Assembly: GCA_964016885.1 (NCBI GenBank)
Contig: OZ024745.1
Span: 113,522,001-113,586,000, forward strand
Source: Eledone cirrhosa
Taxonomy: Eukaryota
Length of the DNA stretch: 64,000 nt
Direction of reading: 5' to 3'
The notes below the pieces were generated by a model. The model did no database searches and was not told the DNA's origin. It saw only the letters and a program-made list of their open reading frames with translations. This document shows positions 54,662 through 64,000 of this stretch, piece after piece (within the stretch, counting starts at the first letter, position 1; the number at the start of each line of letters is the position of its first letter). Both the position numbers and the translations under genes were made by a program.

Positions 54662-57600
54662 TCGTGTATACATACATACACATGCATACACGTATATACA
54701 TATTTACACATGATGATGGCTACAACTCGATTTCGAATAATGCTATCGCTCTATACTTAAGCATGAACATCGCGGACGTGGCTTTTTACTCCTGCTAGGG
54801 ACATGCTTATGGCCAGCCATGCCATGCATCGCAAAAGAATGTCCCATATCAGCGATGCCTGCGCTGGAAGCTTTTTTAAGTGAGGAAGGCCTTTGCACGG
54901 GGCCAGTCCCACTCTATGAACATCGAATGCATTTACACAAAAAGAAGAGCTGATCTACATCATTGGATGCAAACGAAATGGCAGGTTTTATATCAGAGTG
55001 TCTTTCTCCTTCAGAGATATCTTAATGAAGACTAAAAGACTTTCTCTCCACAAAAAAAAATAAAGATACATACATTGTCGAACAACCAAGTGGCTATGTG
55101 CATAAATAATGAAAAATGAAGTAACTAGGCAAATACTGAACTAGATGGATAAGTGGCTTGGCAATGTCAGCGCACATACGGTTCATTCTATGAAATGAAA
55201 TGACAAACAATGAATGACATCAAGTGATAGTTTAAATAGTGTTTTATTTAGATATTAAAACTATACGATATTCTGCGCAACTAATAATTTCATTATTCAA
55301 TGAAGCAAGTGATTAACGATCGTCATAGAAATAACAATTGATTATATTACTGAGCAGAAGCAAGCTAAAAAGCTAAACAATTACAACAATATATCAGTTG
55401 ATTAAATAAGATGACAGTGAAGAATTGGCTCATCATCCTATTTTTAATGGGTAAACAAAACTACTTCTATAATTATGTTGACAGATTACCAATGAGGTAC
55501 AGTCTAAAACACCGCAATTCTAGATCTGTATAGATGCCGTTACCTCCTTCTATATATCTAGTTTTTTTTTAACTAGGATTTTTTTCAACACAGTGACGCG
55601 TATGTGTATATTTGTGTGTGCGTGTGAGTTATGTGCATATGGATACATTTATATGTATGAGTATATGAATATAAACGCGCAAACAAAGACACACAAAAAT
55701 ACACATTCACAAACATACATTCCCATAAATACACATATATTCACACAAACACACACATATATTCACACAAACACACACTCACGCACACACCCAAATACAC
55801 TCATACACATACACTCATACACAGCGTAGCAAATGGAACGCCAAGGAGAGAGAAAAATAAAAATCTTTTCTATGTATAAAATTGAAGCTAACTGCATTGC
55901 AAAAACATGCTTAGATAAGAAAAACTCCAACAGAAAATGTTAAAGGGTAATATCGAAAATTGAAATAGAATAACAAAATTTACTGAAGAAAAAATACAAA
56001 ATCACTCCATTGAAAATAACTCGCAAGACTTAACAACGAAGTAAGCCTGAGTGAATGTCAAAAATAACTTCAAAGCTCTATGCTAAAACCAGAAATGATC
56101 TGACTTTATCTTTAGCTGCACATTAGTAGTGTCTAGCCAGTAAGAATTGTAAAAATTAAATAGAAACTTCAAATATCAAATGTTGACTATGCAACCAATA
56201 CGATAAAATGGTTGACCATAGCATTTCCAGTTAGTCAATATTTGACATGTCTATTTGCAATCTACTAAAACGTAATGGGATAGAACAATAACTGATCTCT
56301 TTTATAAGAAGAGAAAGAGCATACGCTTTGAACTTATTAGACAAGACTGAGTCAAGTCACAACCGTCAACTTGTAATATATAATAGAGCTGAGGTACGCA
56401 TTTGCCACCAATTTCAGACAAAGATTCCTCTCAATCCATCCCTCGGGGATATTGGCCACCTTGCTCATAAAGCCCTCTATGTCTATACTCCTTTTGGTTC
56501 AGCTGGAACCAGACTCAAAGCCAACACAAGTTTGTCGGTCCGCAGCCACATGTTGATGGCTAGTTCACATCCGAAATTACCCTCAAAGCTGGTATTTTTC
56601 GCAATAGTGGCGCTAAAATACATACCCAAAATAGGAGGGAATACACCCTTTGCAGACTGAGTATATTACTTCAAACGTTTCTGCTAGGTGGACATTATTA
56701 TAACTACCGAACAAATGCCACTGCACATTGAAACAATTCAGCCTCAGAAACCAGATTTAGATTAGTTGATTTGAGAACAGCTGTCAACCTTTCGAAAGGG
56801 TTAAGGTGATCTAAATTGGTTATAGCCAGAGAAAAGACAGATACGTTACCCACCATATTAATAATATATCACCGGAGACAGGGAATGTCATAACCAAATC
56901 TGCTGGTGTTGTGGAAATCTATGTTTCCCGACTAGATAACCACTATATATTTGGAAATAACCATAAACGTTCCCTTTATTCACGCCCTTGCCTAATAAGG
57001 CTTCAACTCTGCCGCTCAGAGAAGGGTTGCCAACTGCAATAACCATTTGCCTAAACTTCTACCCACAATTCTTTCTCGTATATGTAACACCACCCCTTGG
57101 CATACCCGGGTATATTGACAGGCACGATTGAGTCGACAAATATGCTCATTGGTATATATTACGACACTTTGAAATAGGTACAGAACAAGTCGTTGAGTAT
57201 GTTTGAGTATGTTTGACAGGATGGTCAAATGAACCAGTCCCGATATAATCATTTAGGACTGGAAATATAATGTATGTCCTATGACAGACAATGCAATCAA
57301 TTTTGGTTAAATTAAACGGAAGGTGTTGAAGGAGATGTCAAAAGACAAGGATATTGAAAACGCGAGATATGGAGCATGAATGTAAAAACAATAGCAATTA
57401 TAACTGGAGCCTTTTGCATTTAGAACATTATACAGGCTGTATTTAAAGTTTAATAACAGTGCTCACAATGTAACGCACAAGCCATATGGTGGTATTCAGT
57501 TAGACATAGCCTCCGCCAACACTGACCAAACCTATAAAATTTATCAAAGTTATGCAAGACAGATTCATTTCAATAGCACAACTGCAATTGTACATGACTG

Positions 57601-58985
57601 CCAACATCACTTACCCTAAATAATACCCACGCCTAAATACAGCGCATACTCAACCACCACTAAACGCAACACCCTTTAAAACCAGTTTCAATAAAACAAC
57701 TCATTACATAACCTAACATAATCGATAGCTGACGCTATGTTACACTCCACACATTTGCCCATACAATCAATACACTACACAATAACTGTTTGAATCTAAA
57801 ACACATAAAACCACTTTATCCAATTCAGCGTTATTCTATTTTTTTATATTTTATTTTAGTTGTTTATGAACATTTTGAAGCTAGATTCTTCAAAATATAT
57901 ATTTTGAAATTATTCTGTGCGTGTACTTTTGTCCATCTCTTTCCTTTGCTTTAATTTCTTAATATTATCCCCGCCTCATTTGAACTGGTACTCTATTTCC
58001 GCCATCATTGTTCACTTTATATTTTATGCATAACACACAGCACTGCTTTGTCTCCACTGCCATCCTGCTTAGAAATATCACTCTTTTACTTTATTCCATT
58101 GTATATTTTTGTGAGCAGAACTACAGCACATCTATATGTATTGTCGCTCGAAAAAGGACAAGACGCCAAACAGTTTGATTATTTCATATCTAACAGCAAA
58201 TCAATTCTCTGAATGCTTCCCATATGGAATTATTTTTATCTATGCAGATTCCTGCTTTTCCATTCCAAATATAAAATATGACAGCAGAAATATTCAGCAT
58301 TGAAAACAATACCAATATTCATAACAAAGGATGCAGGAAATATAAAAACAAAGGCACATAACTTACATATAAAACATAAATTAGCACTAACATCTATTGA
58401 AAGCATATTATGTTGAGTGCTCTCATTATATTAGAAACCGTAAAAACAAAACAAATGTAACACAAAGACATACAGAGCTGTGCTCAATTGCACAGTGAAA
58501 CCACAAAATGAAATGAATACCTCGAGAAAAACGACTTGTATCATATCAAATTAAAAGTCCATTTGATCGCAGGGACTCTAGTGAATATTACGGTAAATTG
58601 ACTACTCATACAATTAGCTGGAGCAGACAATATCATACTTAATACTATTACAATAAAACCTTATTATCATCAGAAACCAAATCATCTGTATTAATAGACT
58701 TAATAAATGGACATATATAACTATAGAACTGCATTCTATAATTTACTTACGATTAAGTTCTGATATTGTTCGTAATACGGCAAATAGATACACTTTCAAG
58801 ATAATAAACGAATGGCAATTCTGAGTGAATTTCACCTATTGAACCAATTGTTTTAGTGTATTCAACATACATGGACGCAGACAATCGTGGGAATAAGTAA
58901 ATCATTTTGTAAATACGTAATTTCAAGTTCGCCTCTATTGTTATTGCATAGGTTCTACGAAGACGAAAATAGTGCGTAGGCTTCG

Positions 58986-59054
<69 letters not shown>

Positions 59055-59419
59055 ATGTGTGTGTGTGTGTGTGTATATATACATATATATGTGTGTGTGT
59101 GTGTGTGCGTGTGTGTGTGCGTGTTTGTCGCTAAAAAGGGTAGAAGAGTTCCATACAAATCGACGATTATAAGTAAAAACTAAAAGTAGAAAAGCACAGA
59201 AGTATATTTAAAGATTCTATTTTTCTTTAATCCGAAAGAATAAATATTTTTTTTATATTTCTCACATCAATTGAATTCAAGTTTTATCAAATATTACCGG
59301 CGTCGATTAGTTATGTCAAGCTTATCAAAGATTGATAAATTCATATGAAAAAATTCTGTTCTCACATTTTGTGACCAGTTCAATATTTTCTTTCACCGTT
59401 TCTTCTCCTCATATATATT

Positions 59420-60114
59420 TTCTAAGTAGTATTGGACCCGATTAAATGTAACCAAAAAGTAGATGAACTGAAAAATATACTTATCCAAAGATCCTTCATA
59501 CTTGGTCTAATTACTAATGGAATAGAAAGAGGAAATAAAAAACAAAACAAAACTAAAAAAAACGTTTGGTCATATATGTCAATCTTCAATGCCAAAAATT
59601 TCGAAATGTTTGGCCACCTCCGCAAAACTTTTCCCATTCTATATGATGTTGATAAATGAAACAATTCTTTAAAAACTCTAGATCATCAAAGGTAGAAGAC
59701 AGCCCAAAGCACTGAAAAATATATTTAAAGGAGCAAAATCCCTTTGTTACAAAATGCATCAGGACAAACTGCCATACCGGCTTATACCGAACTGAAGGAC
59801 GAGAATTCAAATCTGAAGACATGAAACCTTCAAAGTAAACGGAAATTCCACATGCAACTCGGAAATCAATATATGTGATAACATACTGTGGATTCTGCAA
59901 AGTTACGTACGACACACGAGGGTGTAATTACGCAAAAGAATGACACCAGTCAAATCCCTTTAAATAGACTTATTGCAATATGCGCGGGAATGACTTCACC
60001 CAACTTTAAAATATTTCCATTTTAAAAATGCTCAGAGTCTTTTAAGTAGCAAAAGAGAGTATATATAACGAAAAACAAATTATTGACAAATATAAACAAC
60101 ACTTAAACGTGTAA
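59420..60114 (+). mobile_element. Decayed Penelope-like element ORF: RT thumb, Cys-rich linker and GIY-YIG endonuclease (Neptune-like)
   Basis: Frameshifted translation: DELKNILIQR..., RRQPKALKNIF, TKCIRTNCHT, FKVNGNSTCNSE, IYVITYCG, SYVRHT..LRKRM, FKIFPF, EKQIIDKYKQHLNV*. Confidence 0.65.
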
Positions 60115-60587
60115 CTGCTTCTCATTACTTAATAAACAATGATCTAGAGATGCGAACAACAAAATTACACACATATATAAGCAAAGATATGTATGTGCCA
60201 TCGCACACACATGAACACGCATACATACACATACCACTAGATAAAGTAAAATAAAGATTCCGTACAATGCAACAAAATGATGTCGTATGTCAGTATAATG
60301 ATTGCTGGAGTAAGGAACATATCTTAAACTTGTGAAGGTTATTCCATCATTAGAAAATAGAATGAGAGATAGAAGAAAACACAGAAGAGTAGAGGAGAAT
60401 GAGAAGAAGTGGGTGGTACGTGTGTTTAACCAGTTATATATTAATATATAAATATATTAATATATAAATATATTAATATATAAATATATTAATATATACA
60501 TATATAAATATATATATATACATGTGTGCGTATGTGTGTGTGTGTCAATGTTTATGTGTGAATGTGTGTGTTTGTATTTTTATATAT

Positions 60588-60666
60588 TGGGTCGTCGAGT
60601 AAGAAATTTATAGAAATTTGTAGAAGAAAAACAAATTTCTACAAATTTCACACTTGACGACCCATT
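60588..60666. mobile_element. Tiny Tc1/mariner-type MITE remnant
   Basis: TA-ttgggtcgtcgagt...acttgacgacccat-TA. Confidence 0.5.
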
Positions 60667-60987
60667 ATATATTTCTTCATTTATATATGTATATCTTTCA
60701 GTCTAGTTTTCAATTACTTTCGCTCTCTATCTCGATCTATCTAGTTATCTATTTATTTCATCATCTCTGTGTCTAGCTATAGGCATACACGTAACCTAAT
60801 GTAGCAGAAAAATGTGATGTCGTTAAGTGTATACTTGAGCTTCATAATGAAATCGATGCATTATATATTTAAAGTGTAAGTATATTGCATAAGTATATAA
60901 ATAAATATAAATGCATGTTCATATATACATATGTATATTTTCCTTTATATACACTTTACATACATATATATTTATTCTTATATACAT

Positions 60988-61027
<40 letters not shown>

Positions 61028-61030
61028 GCA

Positions 61031-61281
61031 AATAGGAAAGTGTTTAACCCCGACGACAGAGCTCAAGCCGTTTCGACGGCTATTTCTGGACTGAATTAGA
61101 ATTTTTAGCGTGGTAATAAATAGCCATATTTATTACCACGCTAAAAATTCTAATTCAGTCGAAACGGTTTGAGCTCTGCCGTCGGGGTTAAACACTTTCC
61201 TATTACCCACTCTACTACCCTAAGTATTGAGTACTCAGGTGCGTTATGGTCCATCTAATTCCTTACCACACTTCCTTCGTT
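61031..61281 (+). mobile_element. Family B fold-back element with an additional central palindrome
   Basis: Arms 61031-61076 and 61158-61204 enclose the palindrome gactgaattagaatttttagcgtggtaataaata-gcca-tatttattaccacgctaaaaattctaattcagtc. Confidence 0.7.
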
Positions 61282-61288
61282 ATATATG

Positions 61289-61325
<37 letters not shown>

Positions 61326-61342
61326 ATATATATGTATATATG

Positions 61343-61562
<220 letters not shown>

Positions 61563-61992
61563 TGTCCAAGGGTAAATCAAAGATTAGCCGCACTTTCAGC
61601 ATAACATAACTTCTTGGTTTGTCACACTGCCTTCTGCTCATGCGTGATTATATTTCGTACTATTGTCGTCACGTAATCGGCGTTTGCGCTTTATCATGTC
61701 CGTTTTCGTGCTGCTGTTACAGTGCAGTCCAGTAAAAGAGTAACAACAATAGGAAGGTACCTAGTCAATTCTTACTGATTCAATAAAATTGGCAAGGTAT
61801 CTTCTTATTAAAGTCATCAACGATTACTCCCAAATCTCTAGTGTTGTTGAATCTCCCGGAAGTTTCGCCCAAAGGAAGGGAACGTGGAAGTTTCAGTGCA
61901 TCCTCTTTTCCAAGTATATATATATATATACATGGTGAGTAATATTAAATATTACCCAGTTACAAGTATGAATACTCTTTGATTATTATTTA

Positions 61993-62040
<48 letters not shown>

Positions 62041-62199
62041 ACATATGTATCTACACATATATATATATATATATATATATTTATTAAATAACAGATTAAA
62101 GTTTAAGCAAAGAATCGCTACGCTTCTTATATATTTCATATATATTTATCCTTATCGAGCCCTCTTTGGATTTTAGTCTTCAAATTTATTATTATTACT

Positions 62200-62245
<46 letters not shown>

Positions 62246-62252
62246 TTGTGTG

Positions 62253-62395
<143 letters not shown>

Positions 62396-63279
62396 CTGCA
62401 AGCCTGGCTTAGTAAAGATAAAAATGACAATTGATTTTCAACGATATGCTATAGTGAAATATTATATACATGACAAACAAATTGATATATATGTAAATAC
62501 AATATATAAATTTTAAAATATATTCATAAATAATTAAAGAAATAAGTGAATACATCAATGAATATTGCATTATATTTTTCCTCCAATATGTTTCTAATGG
62601 CAGTAAGAACATAAGAATTTACACACATACGGCAACGTCTTAAGTGGGCTACAGAAAGATTAGTTTGAGAATGTTATTGATTTTGTATACCTTGTTATAA
62701 CACAGCATGTCTGTTTATGATGTAAATTGCTTATTTAATCAACAGTCAGGCGGTTAATTACCTTCTCCGAAGGAGCTTTAAATACGGAAACCGCCGAATT
62801 TAAGTTTCCAAGACAGGTTACATATCACTACGAGTTTAATAGCAGGTAAAAACCGTAGACGTAGACATGGACATGGACTCTTATACATTAGTAGCTTATG
62901 ACATAGGACGATATACGAAAGAAATCTAGCAGTGATATAATAGAATTAGCACAGTGAAAAGTACACAAAGCATACATTTCGTACGCCGCAAGAACAACCT
63001 CTATCATTATAGAATAGATGAATATGTCATTGAGAAGTTCACAAAACAAAACACCATGTATAACATTTAATGGCGAACTCCTAGCTAGAGTATATTACAA
63101 ACACACTTAAAAATGACAAAATGAATCAACTTAACCCCTGGAAAGAAACAATGCGGTTATTAATAAGAAGAGTTGAAATGAATACATGCAATATTTCACA
63201 GCTCTAGCATGACGCCTTTATATTCAGCCTATGAACTGTTCAGCCTCCCCTAGTATATATACGTGTTTGTGTGTGTGTG

Positions 63280-63327
<48 letters not shown>

Positions 63328-63391
63328 AATATAAGTATGTATAAGAGTGACTAAGAGTGAGAAATGAAATTTCGTTTCATTTTTTTCCATT

Positions 63392-63424
<33 letters not shown>

Positions 63425-63649
63425 ATATACATATATACATATATACATATATATATATATATACACACACATTGTCTTTGGCGGAATTTGAACTCAGAAA
63501 GCAGAAAGCCAAAACCGAATACCGCAACGCATACTATCCGACGTCATAATTGTTTCTGCTTTTGGCACAAGGCCAGCAATTACCCAGTACATTACTGGTA
63601 CTATCCGACGTCATAATGACTGCCAGTTCGCTGTCTAAAACAATATAAC

Positions 63650-63651
63650 AA

Positions 63652-63729
<78 letters not shown>

Positions 63730-63751
63730 GTATATATACATATATATATAC

Positions 63752-63783
<32 letters not shown>

Positions 63784-64000
63784 GTATATATATATATGTA
63801 TATATATATATATGTATATATACATATATATATACATATATATATATGTATATATATATATGTATATATACATATATATTATATGTATATATATACATAT
63901 ATATATACATATATATATATATGTATATATATATATGTATATATACATATATATTATATGTATATATATACATATATATATACATATATATGTATATATA
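63650..64000. repeat. (TA)n-rich microsatellite running off the window end
   Basis: Read directly. Confidence 0.95.

Noticed and set aside
57300-57470. Possible R4/Dong-like endonuclease tail (EIWSMNVKTIAIITGAF)
   Set aside because: One short motif only

Overview
AT-rich animal genomic DNA, dense in (TA)n, (CA)n and (ATGT)n microsatellites. The repeat landscape looks cephalopod (octopus-like); this is inference. Nearly all ORFs in the supplied track are microsatellite translations. One real gene is visible: the first three coding exons of an ABHD8 alpha/beta-hydrolase orthologue (+ strand, 45924-51487); its 3' exons were not found in the window. The rest is transposon-derived: many tRNA-derived SINEs, fragments of CR1, RTE, CRE-like, Gypsy and Penelope-like elements, a non-autonomous Helitron and mariner-type MITEs. 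The standout is 27101-29255: about 7 near-identical copies of a 310-bp non-coding, highly self-complementary monomer. Each copy carries a type I hammerhead ribozyme. About 1.9 copies are inverted and 5 are direct, and the whole array is flanked by an 11-bp target-site duplication. This looks like a young retrozyme insertion, possibly copied from a circular RNA by rolling-circle, twin-primed reverse transcription. About a dozen further minimal hammerhead motifs or halves sit in short, often fold-back, elements embedded in (TA)n tracts.
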